From assembly GCF_963921235.1 (NCBI RefSeq), contig NC_086097.1:127040001-127104000 (forward strand): a stretch of DNA of 64,000 bases. Direction: 5' to 3'. Source of the DNA: Mobula hypostoma. Its lineage: Eukaryota. The translations under genes and the position numbers were made by a program. The notes under the pieces are model-generated. The model was not told the origin of the DNA. It did not search any database and was given only the letters and a program-made list of their open reading frames with translations. Position 1 is the first letter of the stretch, and each line of letters begins with the position of its first letter. This document shows, piece after piece, positions 25,030 through 38,325 of this stretch.

Positions 25030-25218
25030 AAAGCAAAAGACTGAGAGATTTCTGCCTGCTAGATTATATTCTGTCAGCACTGTGACATCATCAGCTGGGG
25101 CCGTGGTGTCAAATGGCAGCCAGTTGAAGGTCTGCAATGCTTCTTGAAAGAGCCAATCCCTAGCTGGCACTGGGGAGCAGCTTTTGAATGGCAGGTAAGA
25201 TTGACACTTACTACAACA
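25030..25218 (-). repeat. ERV 5' LTR (U3-R part; U5/PBS apparently deleted)
   Basis: TGTTGTAGTAAGTGTCAA...AAAGCTGCT...GCCAGCTAGGG...CAGCTGATGA...TATAATCTAGCA...GTCTTTTGCTTT is collinear with 22343-22181. Confidence 0.8.
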
Positions 25219-25444
25219 CCTGCTGGTAGGATCATCAGCATTTACTTCACACAAGAGTAGCCAGAGCATTAATAATGGATCAGGCATTGAGGGCACTTTC
25301 ATAATCCCAGCTATCTTGTGATAAGGTGACAGCTTCCTCACAAAAGCTACTTTAAGCCACCCTTGTTGATGTAGCCAATCAAACTACAAGCAGACACCTG
25401 GCCACACATCAATGGGAGGTCAAATCATAGAGTGGTGATCTGAA

Positions 25445-25765
25445 TTAGCAAGACACATCAAAGCTGCGGGTGAACGCAGCAGGCCAGGCAGCATCTCTAG
25501 AAAGAGGTACAGTAGACGTTTCGGGCCGAGACCCTTCGTCAGGACTAACTGAAGGAAGAACTAGTAAGAGATTTGAAAGTGGGAGGGGGGGGGATCCAAA
25601 ATGATAGGAGAAGACAGGAGGGGGAGGAATGGAGCCAAGAGCTGGACAGGTGATTGGCAAAAGGGGTATGAGAGGATCATGGAACAGGAGGCTCAGGGAG
25701 AAGGAAAGGGGGGGGGGAACCCAGAGGATGGGCAAGGGGTATAGTCAGAGGGACAGAGGGAGAAT
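25445..25765 (-). mobile_element. Penelope-like 3'/pseudo-LTR fragment carrying a hammerhead motif
   Basis: Purine-rich body. The reverse complement of 25511-25546 is AGTCCTGACGAAGGGTCTCGGCCCGAAACGTCTACT. Confidence 0.75.
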
Positions 25766-26176
25766 TAGCGTACGTTTCTCATTCAGTTGTCTGCCAGGGA
25801 ACTTGATTGGCTGGGTATCCCTGAAATGACATCTCAGAGGGCAGAGACCACATTAACATAACTCATTTGTAGAGAATGTTTACTTTGTGGTAAAGCGTGA
25901 AGAACAAAAATTAAAGTGCTGTTAAAAAAAAATTAATTATTATACCAACAAAAAATCTGAATGTGAAATATACGTTTTAATTTCAGGGAGATGGGTGTCC
26001 TGAATTCACATTTTCATTCTTTTTTTTGTCTGAGAATCAAAATCAGGTTTAATATCATTGCCATATGTTGTGAAATTTGTTGTTTTGTGGCAGCGGTATA
26101 TTGGAATACATGATGTAAAAACTATAATTTATAATCCAATTGCAGGAGGAGGTACAGAGGCCAAGATTTTATAAAA

Positions 26177-28200
26177 CATAGAACATAGAACATAGAATAG
26201 TACAGCACAGTACAGGCCCTTCGGCCCACAATGTTGTGTCAACCCTCAAACCCTGCCTCCCATATAAGCCCCCACCTTAAATTCACTAGTGTATCTGCCT
26301 CCACCACTGACTCAGGCAGTGCATTCCACGCACCAGCCACTCTCTGAGTAAAAAACCTTCCTCTAATATCCCCCTTGAACTTCCCACCCCTTACCTTAAA
26401 GCCATGTCCTCTTGTATTGAGCAGTAGTGCCCTGGGGAAGAGGCGCTGGCTATCTACTCTATCTATTCCTCTTATTATCTTGTACACCTCTATCATGTCT
26501 CCTCTCATCCTCCTTCTCTCCAAAGAGTAAAGCCCTAGCTCCCTTAATCTCTGATCATAATGCATACTTTCTAAACCAGGCAGCATCCTGGTAAATCTCC
26601 TCTGTACCCTTTCCAATGCTTCCACATCCTTCCTATAGTGAGGTGACCAGAACTGGACACAGTACTCCAAGTGTGGCCTAACCAGAGTTTTATAGAGCTG
26701 CATCATTACATCGCGACTCTTAAACTCTATCCCTCGACTTATGAAAGCTAACACCCCATAAGCTTTCTTAACTACCCTATCCACCTGTGAGGCAACTTTC
26801 AGGGATCTGTGGACATGTACCCCGAGATCTCTCTGCTCCTCCACACTACCAAGTATCCTACCATTTACTTTGTACTCTGCCTAGGAGTTTGTCCTTCCAA
26901 AGTGTACCACCTCACACTTCTCCGGGTTGAACTCCATCTGCCACTTCTCAGCCCACTCCTGCATCCTATCAATGTCTCTCTGCAATCTTTGACAATCCTC
27001 TACACTATCTACAACACCACCAACCTTTGTGTCGTCTGCAAACTTGCCAACCCACCCTTCTACCCCCACATCCAGGTCGTTAATAAAAATCACAAAAAGT
27101 AGAGGTCTCAGAACAGATCCTTTTGGGACACCACTAGTCACAATCCTCCAATCTGAATGTACTCCCTCCACCACCACCCTCTGCCTTCTGCAGGCAAGCC
27201 AATTCTGAATCCACCTGGCCAAACTTCCGTGGATCCCATGCCTTCTAACTTTCTGAATAAGCCTACCGTGTGGAACCTTGTCAAATGCCTTACTAAAATC
27301 CGTATAGATCACATCCACTGCACTACCCTCATCTATATGCCTGGTCACCTCCTCAAAGAACTCTATCAGGCTTGTTAGACACGATCTGCCCTTCACAATA
27401 CCATGCTGACTGTCCCTGATCAGACCATGATTCTCTACATGCCTATAGATCCTATCTCTAAGAATCTTTTCCAACAGCTTTTCCACCACAGACGTAAGGC
27501 TCACTGGTCTATAATTACCTGGACTATCCCTACTACCTTTTTTGAACAAGGGAACAACATTCGCCTCCCTCCAATCCTCCGGTACCATTCCCGTGGACAA
27601 CCAGGACATAAAGATCCTGGCCAGAGGCTCAGCAATCTCTTCCCTCGCCTCATGGAGCAGCCTGGGGAATATTCCGTCAGGCCCTGGGGACTTATCCGTC
27701 CTACTGTATTTTAACAACTCCAACACCTCCTCTTCCTTAATATCAACATGCTCCAGAACATCAAACTCACTCATATTGTCCTCACCATCATCAAGTTCCC
27801 TCTCATTGGTGAATACCGAAGAGAAGTATTCATTGAGGACCTCGCTCACTTCCATAGCCTCCAGGCACATCTTCCTACCTTTATCTCTAATCGGTCCTAC
27901 CTTCACTCCTGTCATCCTTTTTTCTTCACATAATTGAAGAATTCCTTGGGGTTTTCCTTTACCCTACTCGCCAAGGCTTTCTCATGCCCCCTTCTTGCTC
28001 TTCTCAGCCCCTTCTTAAGCTCCTTTCTTGCTTCCCTATATTCCTCAATGGGCCCATCTGATCCTTGCTTCCTAAACCTCATGTATGCTGCCTTCTTCCA
28101 CCTGACTAGATCTTCCATCTCACTTGTCACCCATGGTTCCTTCACCCTACCATTCTTTATCTTCCTCACTGGGACAAATTTATCTCTAACATTCCACAAG
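26177..28200 (-). mobile_element. CR1 LINE, 5'-truncated (RT plus C-terminal domain)
   Basis: ORFs 27912-28274, 26881-27915 (YTDFSKAFD, KFADDTK) and 26239-26844 (VRPHLEYC), with a (CATAGAA)n tail. Confidence 0.96.
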
Positions 28201-28660
28201 AGATCTTGTTGATTAGAACTGAGGGTGTGTTGTGTTGAACACTGAGCGGTAATCAATAAACAGCAGCCTGACACAGGTATACCTATTGTCCAGGTGGTCC
28301 AACGTTGAGTTGGACAGCCTGCGAATGTGCACCTGCTGGCACTAATTTCAATTTACTTGAGCTTAGTAGGCAGCAAATGTCGCTCCATCTCATGACTAAA
28401 ATATTTGATGAAAAATACTTGTGAAAAAGAATCCAGAGCAGAACAAAAGATAAAATTTAAAAATTTATCCTCTTATTATATGCCATATCTTGGACCTGGG
28501 AGAATTCGCATGAAATTCTGAGCGTATGGTGAACAAGTAACGCTGAATCCCTGTTGGGGGCTTGTTTAGAAGTTCAGAACTACTGAGAGTCTTATTGTAT
28601 CTAGCAGTTAGGATGAGGAAATCAAAAAATATCTCATCAAATCCTCTGATTTCTTTCTAG

Positions 28661-28714
28661 GGACAGAAAGGTCTGATTGGCCAAAAGGGAGCTGAAGGGC
28701 ATCCCGGGATACCG
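28661..28714 (+). CDS. COL21A1: COL21A1-like exon (54 nt) GQKGLIGQKGAEGHPGIP
   Basis: TTTCTAG acceptor, GTGAGT donor, Gly-X-Y. Confidence 0.93.
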
Positions 28715-28858
28715 GTGAGTGACACCAGTTTCATTACATCCAAAATCCTACTGTGTTCCACTCACTCTGTTTGCCGTATCAGGAGCATTTCTTTCCTAGA
28801 TGTCAGTACTTTTGAGCTGCACCATTCAGTGCAGAATGACTTGGGGAATAAATCTTTT

Positions 28859-29141
28859 GTTTGGATCTTCAAAGTGTGTGGTCGTGCAGTGTTTGGATCT
28901 TCAAAGTGTGTGGTCCTGGAATATTTGGATCTTCAATGTGTGTGGTCCTGGAATATTTGGATCTTCAAAGTGTATGGTCCTGGAGTGTTTGGATCTTCAA
29001 AGCGTATGGTACTGGAGTGTTTGGATCTTCAATGTGTGTGGTCCTGGAATATTTGGATCTTCAAAGTGTATGGTCCTGGAGTGTTTGGATCTTCAAAGTG
29101 TATGGTCCTGGAGTGTTTGGATCTTCAGTGTGTGTGGTCCT
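28859..29141. repeat. 32-bp minisatellite, about 9 copies
   Basis: Unit TTGGATCTTCAAAGTGT(G/A)TGGTCCTGGA(GTGT/ATAT). Confidence 0.95.
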
Positions 29142-30459
29142 GAAGCAGAATGGAGGGTGAATAAGTGTTACAGTGTTACCTTGTTGCTGCCCAGGTCTTT
29201 CCATCAAAAATCATCAGTTGAATTGTAAGACTCAGCTGGATCCTTGCTTAAGCCAAGAAAGAAATAATGAGAACTTGACAACATCTCAGACTTGAATCTC
29301 AAATGATGAATATTGAGCTCTGTGCTTCTATCAACTGAATGGCAAGGAAATTGACCCTTGTCCCTTGTCCCCTCTCTCCTCTGACCTGGCAGGTGTCATC
29401 AAATGAAATGCTTATGATACAATTACTGAAGCAGCCTTACATCCAATAGGTAGCGAAAGCGTGATTGAAGTTTGAATTGATCAATGGAGGGAGAAATGGT
29501 AGTTCGTCTTCAGATATGAGGCTGGATGGATCAATGTTGTCAGCTTTTGATTGAGTTTATCTTTTTATTTATAACAGGATCAATTCCTAGGTTTAGTTAA
29601 GTGACGCTTTGACAGGGCGAAGGTGGATGAAATAATGGTTGACCTAGTTTGCTTTATTTTTTAAACTTAATGTCAGTTTAATCCAAGAAAATACTCCTGT
29701 TCTGGTCCTAAGTTTCCTTACGGTGCAAAGTCTTGCAACTTTGATGGGGAGAGCCACTTTGAATAAGCAGGAGAAATGTTGCTGAGCAAATGATCCTACC
29801 CCTGAAGAATGTGGCATGCAGTCAGAGGTGGGTCAGTAAGGCCAGAAGCCACCTCCTCAACTAAGGTGTTTATTCAACACGTGAGAATGATGTGTGAATA
29901 ATGTATCCCTTCCGAAGTGTTCAGGTTTAAATTCCTGCCACACTGCTATAGTGTCACCTAAGACAGAACAGTTCCTTCAAGTACAGACCTAATGCTATCA
30001 ATTATAAGCCAAATTTTATTTACTGTTACAGAATATTAGCAACAGAAATTTGCTTTGGATTTACTTTTCCCTTTGGCAAACCAGAAAATCTCAAGTGCTT
30101 AGCATTCACTCTGCTATTTGAGCAGATACCTATCGCAAACTGTATGCCTATGATCTCCTGGTATGAGGTGTTTTGTAATTACGGCTCCTTACCTCCAGTG
30201 GGCAGGCAGACATACTTAAGCCTCATTTTCTCCTGACTGTGGAGCAGTCAACTTTAATGACTCACTGGTCATCTATGGTTCACTTAGTAGCACCCTTGTC
30301 TCTATGTCAGAGGGTTCAGGATTTGAGAGTCTTGAGAACTCAAATCCAGGCTGACATTTCAGTGCTGTGCTGAAGGAGTCTTGCACTAATGGATGTTATA
30401 GAGTCATTTTGCATGGAATCAAGCCATCGGGTACCTATGTGTACTAATGAAGACAGAAG

Positions 30460-31090
30460 AGATGCAGATGCCGGAATTTGAAGAATTCTGCCCTCAGCCC
30501 CCTCCACTGACAACGTGAGGACAAATACAAACTAGAAGAACTCCACTTCATATTCTGCCAGATGGTCTACAACCCATTGGCATGAATACTGAATGCTGTC
30601 CTCACGTACCCCTCCCTCACCACCGGACACTTCCTCTTTCCTTCTGATCTACCCAACCCTTGACTCCATTTATTCCCTTCCCCCACCTAATCCATCTGTC
30701 CATCACGCATATTCTACTCCCATTGGGTTCCCCTCCCAACACTGTACACATCAACCTACCCCACCTCCCTTATTTCATTCTTCTTCAACCTTCCTCTCCT
30801 ATCAGACTCCATAATCTGCAACCTTGCATTGCCTCCTATCACTTGCCAGCCTCTGATGCTATCTCCATTCTTCTCACCCCCCCCCCACCCCTCACCTGCC
30901 AGTCAACCTATCCTCACCTGGATCCACCTATTGGCTGCCAGCTCTCGCCACACCCTTCCCCTCTCCTCTTTATACTGGCTCTCTCTCCTCTACACTTTCA
31001 GTCCAGATGAAGGGTCATAACCTGAAATGCCAACTGTCCATTTCACTCCTCAAGTGATGCCTGACCTTTTGATTTCCACCAGCAGCACAT
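30460..31090 (+). mobile_element. Penelope-like 3' fragment (degenerate)
   Basis: KLEELHFIF..GLQPIGMN followed by a pyrimidine-rich UTR and a decayed hammerhead at about 31000. Confidence 0.65.
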
Positions 31091-33471
31091 TTTTTCCACC
31101 CATTTATACTAATCTACTTTATTCTCCTCGTATATCCATAAGATCTGCCCAGATTCTACATTCTGTGGGCTATTTACAGCAGCCAATCGGCCTATCAATC
31201 TCCATGAGTCTGGGATGTGGGTGGAATGAGAGCCTTCATGAGGAACATATAAACCTTGCACAGATAGTGCCCGAGGGCAGGATTGAACCAGGGTCACAGG
31301 AGCTGGGAGGCAGTAACTCTATTAGCTGCACTACTGTATCACTTTGGCATCTTGAAAATGAAATTACTCTCTATTTTATTGCTCAGTTGGATGTAGAAGA
31401 TCCCTGTGCTCTGTTTTGAAGAAGGGTAAGAAGAGTTCCCAGTAAGTGGCCACTCTTTTATCCCTCCTCAAATGCCACTAGAATCTATTATATGGAGATC
31501 AACAATTAGTGTAGCAGTTAGTGCAATGTTATTACAGCTCAGGGCATCAGAGGTTTGAGTTCGATCCCTGTTCTCTTTACGTTCTCCCCGTGGAATGTGT
31601 GGGTTTTCTCTGAGTGCTGTGGTTTCCTGCCACAGTCCACAGTGGGTAATTGGTCATTGTAGATTGTCCTGTGATTAGGCTAGGGTTAAATCAGGGGTTG
31701 TTGGGGGTTGCTGGGAGGTGAGGGTCGAAGAGCCTGCTCCATGCTGTATCTCTAAATAAAATAAAATAAATAAATTTGCTGTTTCTGTGGGGACTTCCTG
31801 TAGAGAAATTGTGATCGCAGTTAGAAATAAAATTAGTTGGCAGAAAGAGCCTAAAGTCTTCCTGATTCTGTGAAAGATGCAACCAAAATGTATGTAAATC
31901 TTCCTCATCTTCTGCTGGAGTTTCACCCTTCATTCACCATATCCAAACCTCTTGACCATGCAGAAGGACCCGAGCCCGATTTATATTCATGAGCAGGACT
32001 GGGTGAGAGATGGGCAGATATGGGGTGGGGAAGTTAGGCAGACTATAGGCATGGAAGGAAATAATGCAGGAGATGGGTTACACAAAAAAAAATAATTGCA
32101 TGCCATGTGAATTCTTCCCAGTTTAATTTCTGGATTGACATGATGTGACCCAAAACATTTATTTTTGTATTTCACTCTGAGAAAGCAATATTGCGCAGTT
32201 AAATTTCGTGGCATTGAAGGTGTTGCTAACACTACTCAGTGAGCCGCAATTTACTTGAGTTCACCTCTGAAGGAACATTTTGAAGCCAGCTGCTGTGTTT
32301 TTTTTGAACCCCTGTAGCTGTTAACTTAGGTTCTTAAATGGCCTTTGAAAATTAGAAATTATTTTGCCAGGGTATGTACTCCTCCCCTGAAAGATTCTTT
32401 ATCCTCTGTGAATTATAAACTTGGATTCAAGATGTTTCAATTCCCAAGCAAAAAACATACAGAAACTGGGTGAAAACAGATGTTTAGTGCATCTCTCTAT
32501 AGTTCTCTGGTTTAATGTTATTGCTGACCTTTTCTCTTGGACGTGAGAGTCAGGAGTGTACTGTTGAAGAGCTACAAGATCCAAGTCAGAGATTTCATGA
32601 AAGGGAAGGAACAAATTGTTGATTAAGAATGTATGAAGTTACCAAAATCGGATTGTGTTTGACATAATGAACTACCCTGCTAGCATAAGCCCAATAACCC
32701 ATATTCAGTCCTGATCTCTGTATTGTCCCTCTCTCTGGTCTTTGTAATTTCTCCCAGCGGCTGTGTGGGCTTCTTCCAGCTTCTGGCTTCCATCCACATC
32801 ATAAATCCATGTGCGTTGGCTGCTATAAGTGATCCCTAATGTGTATGTGAGTGATAGAAACTGGGAGAGGTTTGGGCAAAGATGATGGAAATACAGAGAG
32901 AATTAACTGGGATTTGTGTAGGATAGTGCAAGTGGGTGGCTGATGGCCACTACAGACTCAATGTGTTGAAGGGCCTCATTTCCCTGCTGTATGACTCTGA
33001 AAGCACTCATCATTGACTCCCATGACATTGGCAGATAATGAACAACGTATATGCGTTACTGTTGGTTGCCCCTGATAAAGTATAAGTGGTGGGGGGGCGG
33101 GATTGTGCTTTTTGGGTGAAGCACTGAAACATCACGATGCCTAGTCAGTGCCATGAAATTGCATCCATTGGTATATTTCATTAGTTTCTGTATTGGCAAA
33201 TAAAATGCACCAAACACAGCCTTTAGTCATATCTGGTTTCTTATAATAATCTTTCTTTTCTTAGAAATAAAAATGCTTACAAAGAAAAATATTTAAACAG
33301 CTTGTTTTTTGCACCATCTGGTCGTCTCTGGTCAACAGTAAGTTCATCCACGTTGCATGAAATGGATGAAAGGGAATAGATTGGTGTGTGGAGAGTTTGG
33401 GCACCTGGTGTTTCACTTATTAATCCACATCACACCACCTTACTTCCCGAGTAATTGTCCGCCAAACTCTC

Positions 33472-34325
33472 CCATAAGACCATAAGGCTATAAGACCATA
33501 AGACAAAGGAGCAGAAGTCGGCCATTCGGCCCATCGAGTCTGCTCTGCCATTTTATCATGAGCTGATCAATTTTATCCTATTTAGTCCCACTGCCCCGCC
33601 TTCTCACCATAACCTTTGATGCCCTGGCTACTCAGATACTTATCAATCTCTGCCTTAAAGACACCCAATGACTTGGCCTCCACTGCTGCCCGTGGCAACG
33701 AATTCCATAGATTCACCACCCTCTGACTAAAAAAATTTTTTCGCATTTCTGTTCTGAAAGGGCGCCCTTCAATCCTTAAGTCATGCCCTCTCGTACTAGA
33801 CTCCCCCACCATGGGAAACAACTTTGCCACATCCACTCTGTCCATGCCTTTTAACATTCGAAATGTTTCTATGAGGTCTCCCCTCATTCTTCTAAACTCC
33901 AAGGAATACAGTCCAAGAGCGGACAAATGTTCCTCATATGTTAATCCTCTCATTCCCAGAATCATTCTAGTGAATCTTCTCTGTACCCTCTCCAACGTCA
34001 GCACATCCTTTCTTAAATAAGGAGACCAAAACTGCCCACAGTACTCCAAGTGAGGTCTCACCAGTGCCTTATAGAGCCTCAACATCACATCCCTGCTCCT
34101 ATACTCTATTCCTCTAGAAATGAATGCCAACATTGCATTCGCCTTCTTCACTACTGACTCAACCTGGAGGTTAACTTTAAGGGAATCCTGTACGAGGACT
34201 CCCAAGTTCTGTTGCATCTCAGAACTTTGAATTCTTTCCCCATTTAAATAATAGTCTGCCCATTTATTTTTTCTGCCAAAGTGCATAACCATACACTTTC
34301 CAATATTGTACTTCATTTGCCACCT
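33472..34325 (-). mobile_element. CR1 LINE 3' fragment
   Basis: ORF 33582-34316 (VRPHLEYC, RMRGDLIE) with a (CATAAGAC)n tail. Confidence 0.95.
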
Positions 34326-34895
34326 CTTTCCTGCCCATCCCCAACCCTTTTCAGCTCTAAATTAACAGTTAACCACCTTTTACATTGTGTTTGGAGAATT
34401 CAGAACTCATATTATCTTAAAAGATCTTAAAGGGAGGAGTAGCTTAGGGATGGGGTGATAGAAATGGCCAAGAAGTCCATTTGTGTTTTCATTGGCACTG
34501 GGTTTAGACTGTGTTTTCAGTGCGTTATTGGGTATAAATCGATTTTCTTCCAGGTAGATGTGGATTGATTTTTCGATGGATCAGCAATGAGAAAGGCATT
34601 GAGGCTCCCTGCTCCAGATCTGTGTAGGCCTTCATCTCTTGCTCCCCTGCATCCACAACTGTCCCAAGTAGGCAGTACAGCAATATTTTGCTTCCTACCT
34701 TTGGAGTTAATTTTGTTATTGGGAAATATGGGCCAGAGAGAGACAGAAGTGTTATCTCCATGAAGATCCATCCAGTGTCAGGATGAGGGGATAGGAAATC
34801 TGAGGGGATGAGGAGGTCAAACTGTTGAAACGGGCCCGGTTGCACCAAAAAAAAAACACAACTTGGGGCTATTGATGATCTGTCTTTGTTTTTAG

Positions 34896-34949
34896 GGTAA
34901 GCAAGGATATCCAGGATTACCTGGGCATGATGGACATCCGGGACCCAAG
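34896..34949 (+). CDS. COL21A1: COL21A1-like exon (54 nt) GKQGYPGLPGHDGHPGPK
   Basis: TTTTTAG acceptor, GTAACG donor. Confidence 0.93.
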
Positions 34950-35419
34950 GTAACGTATAGTTCTTTGTGATACTCTGTTATCTGAAATGCTATAGACTGA
35001 AATAACAAATGCAGTTTGACAGTGGCAGTTGGTGGAAGGGGGGGGCGGGTGGGTGGGAAGCGGTTAACAGAAATTTCCTCAGAATAGGGGAGAAGAGCAA
35101 TGTAGATCTTAACTCTATTAAAACTTCCTCTATTAAGTCCTTCTGGAGGGGATTGAAAGCAGCATGAAACTAGGCTGGGATTTGGGGTAAAGCCAGCTTT
35201 AGGGTACAGTATCAGAAAGGAGTAAGGTGATCATATGCATCATACAATTATTTCGATAAGGTGGCATTGTTTTTTTTTAATGGAAGTCACAAAGGAAATA
35301 ATGCACATCCACTCCAGATATGGGAGAGTGGGTTTCACATTCTAAGCAGATAAAGAAATCTTGTAGAATTTCCTCTTTCATTTCTTGATGAATGGCTTCC
35401 TCTAGAGCCACAGTGGTTA

Positions 35420-35930
35420 GAGGAGCTACACCTTGTATTCTATCCTGGTAGCCTCCAACCTGGTGGTATGAACGTTGATTTCTCGAACTTCCAGCAATGC
35501 CCCCCCCCCTTATCATTCTCCATTCCCATTTCCCTCTCTCATCTTATCCACTTACCTGCCCATCACTTCCCTCTGGTGCTCCTCCCCTTCTCTTTCTTCC
35601 ATGGGCTTCTGTCCTCTCCTATCAGATTCCCCCTTCTCTAGCACTTCAGCTCTTTCACCAATCGACTTCCCAGCTCTTTACTTCACCCCTCCCCCTCTCT
35701 GAGTTTCACCTATCACCTACCACCTTGTACTTCTTCCTCCCCGCCCCCCCCCCACCTTCTTACTCTGACTCCTCATCTTTTTTTTCTCCAGTGCAGATGA
35801 AAGGTCCTGGTCTGAAATGTGGACTGCTTACTCTTTTCCATAGATGCTGCCTGGCCTACTGAGTTCCTCCAGAATTTTGTGTGTGTGTTGCTTGGATTTC
35901 CGGCCTTTGCAGATTTTCTCCTGTTTGTGA
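35420..35930 (+). mobile_element. Penelope-like 3' fragment
   Basis: HLVFYPGSLQPGGMNVDFSNFQ followed by a pyrimidine-rich UTR. Confidence 0.75.
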
Positions 35931-37599
35931 TTGAATCCTATGTTGCTAACTTCCAGTTTTGCATTAACCCAGGTGGAATACACTGCAACTATCAAAACTT
36001 TGCATAATTTTAAAAACATGTGTTAGGTCACCAGTATGTTCTTCTCTTTTTCCAAATCCAAGTCTGTTTATTCTTTTCTGAAAGGTTTAATCTTGGTATT
36101 TCTCTCTAAGGTTCTGGAAGATGATCTGTGGCTGAAATGAACAAGAAGAAAACTTATGTAAACATTATTAAATTTTCCAGTCTTGCTGTGTACTCCCACA
36201 TAGTCAAATTGGTTCTGTCCAATTCTGCACTGAAAGTGTACAGGGAGCAGCTGGTTACATGCTATAGTTGTTAAAAGCTACACACTTTGTGTTATATAAC
36301 CACGAGAAAGTCTGCCAATCCTGGAAATCCAAAGCAACACACACAAAATGCAGGAGGAACTCAGCAGGTCAGGCAGCATCAATGGAAATGAATGAACAGT
36401 CGATGCTTCAGGTGGAGACCCTTCTTTAGGAATTATTATATAAGCCACTTAGGTACTGTTGGTATAATTCTTTTACCAGAGTGTAGAGAAATGTTGAAAG
36501 TAAACCTTTCAGGAAGGGTTAGGGCTTTGGCAAGAGAGGAAGTCAGCATGGTCTAACAAAAGTTCATTGAAGTTATGATACACAGCAAGTCAGGAACTTC
36601 CATGAAGGAAGATAAACAATCAAAGTTTCCAGCATTTGCAGAAGCTTGTTTTTATGTTATTCTTGAAATTGTGATAGTTCATTTGTAGTTTTAAGCAAAA
36701 GCCAGGAGCAATCAATATGATATTAACCAGAAAATCAAATGGAGAATTCTTTATCCAAAGAATGTTGAGTGTGAAGCTCATTAGACTGAATAAGTGCTTT
36801 CTTTCCTTTATGATTATCTCCATTATATCTTCTTTTGTCCTCTGTTGCTTTTATATTGTTGGGCAGACATATTTACATCTTTTATTGATACTATTAAAAA
36901 GAACACTCAAAGACTTAACTTTAGAAAGAAGGCATGTTCTTCCACTGTTAAAGTTCACTGTTGGATGTGCAGTTTATTATAAACTTTAGCTAATTGATGC
37001 CACTATAATGTGTGGCAGGGCTATCCAAAACAAAATTAAGTAGTTTTCCCTCAGAATCCCACAGGAAAGGCAATTAACAAGCCTTCAAAGAAACAGCACC
37101 AGAAATAATTATCTAGTTCTCAGTGTAGTGGTCAGGAAATATCTCCGAGCTGGTTTTGTGTTTTTGGTGTTAGTTCACTTAATGTCCTGTTTATGTGTGG
37201 TGTTAAAGTTCTGCCATACTTCCAGTGAACTGCTCCAGGGAACAGGGGTAGTTCTTGGAATTTCTTGGGGCTGGGAATACAGTACAATATGCAAGAAATC
37301 AGCAACTATTTTTGACTCATTAAAATATTCAGCATGCAGTTAAATGTATCAGATATCACAGATGAATATCTTGTGAAGCAAATTTGCTATGGCCATCTGA
37401 ATGAAGAAAATCCATCTCCTATATCTTCACTCATTCCTCCATCTCTTTCCTTTCCCTGCCGGCTCTCTTTCCTTTGACTCTCTTCTTTCAGCTTCAGCTC
37501 GCCATCTCCTCCCTCACCTTCCTTCCCTACTTTGTCATATATTTTGCTAGAAATGTGTTCTCAGTCCTGACTCTGCATCTGTAACAGGACAGGGAATCA

Positions 37600-38325
37600 C
37601 CTGGTATCTTACACCGTCCTTATCTCTATAACCCCCTCTGGCTCCCCTTCAGACCCTACAGCCTTCTGTGTTTCTGTAACCCCTTCTAGCCTCAACATCC
37701 TTCCCTCTCTCTATTGTGCCTTCTAGCCCCCTGTACCCATTCCTATCTCTAAAAAACCCCTCTGGTCCTGCATTCCTCTCTATCTCTGTAAACATTCTTT
37801 TGCCCCTGCACCTCTCCCTATCTCTTTAACCCCCCCCCAGCCCATACACCCCTCCCAATCTCTGTAAACCTTCTTTGACCCCTTCACCCCTCCCTGTCTC
37901 TTTAACCCCCCTCTGGCCCATCAATCTCTGTGACTCCCTTCAGCCCCTGTCTCTGTAGCCACCTCTAACCTGTATCCCTGTCACCAAACCCCAATCCCTA
38001 TACAAACCCTGCACCCTTTCCTTGCTTTGTAACATTCTTCTGACCCCTGCACCCTATCTCTGAAACCCCTTCTGGCCCCTACATCGCTCCATATTTCTGT
38101 GCCTCTCTTCAGTCCCAAGTCATTCCTTGTCTTTATAGTCCCTTCCAGTCTCTACACAAATTCCCTGTGTCTGTAACCGGTCTAGCCCCCAACACACCTC
38201 ATTGTAACCTCGTCTGGCTCCTGGATCCCTCCCTATCACTGTAACCTTCTCTAACCCCCATATCCCCTCCCTAACTCTGTAACACCCTCTAGTCCCCTCA
38301 CCTCTCTCTATCTGTAACACACTAC
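37600..38325. repeat. Degenerate pyrimidine-rich tandem repeat (about 40-bp unit)
   Basis: The motif CCCTATCTCTGTAACCCC...(T/A)GCCCC recurs many times. Confidence 0.7.

Larger units (their letters stand above)
22109..25218 (-). mobile_element. Decayed endogenous retrovirus (5'LTR-gag-[most pol deleted]-IN C-terminus-env-PPT-3'LTR)
   Basis: Two homologous LTRs, a gag remnant, an integrase C-terminus, an env with ISD and a PPT-like tract are all collinear on the minus strand (see sub-features). Confidence 0.88.

Noticed and set aside
24862..25341. 159-aa ORF with a signal-peptide-like start (PLLMLWLLLCEVNA) and cysteines, suggesting a secreted protein
   Set aside because: Much of it (25030-25218) is the ERV 5' LTR, whose partner at 22181-22343 does not conserve the peptide. 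It is a chance ORF.
28715..29228. Three overlapping repetitive ORFs, or a CRISPR-like array
   Set aside because: Pure 32-bp tandem repeat with no unique spacers, in a eukaryotic intron.
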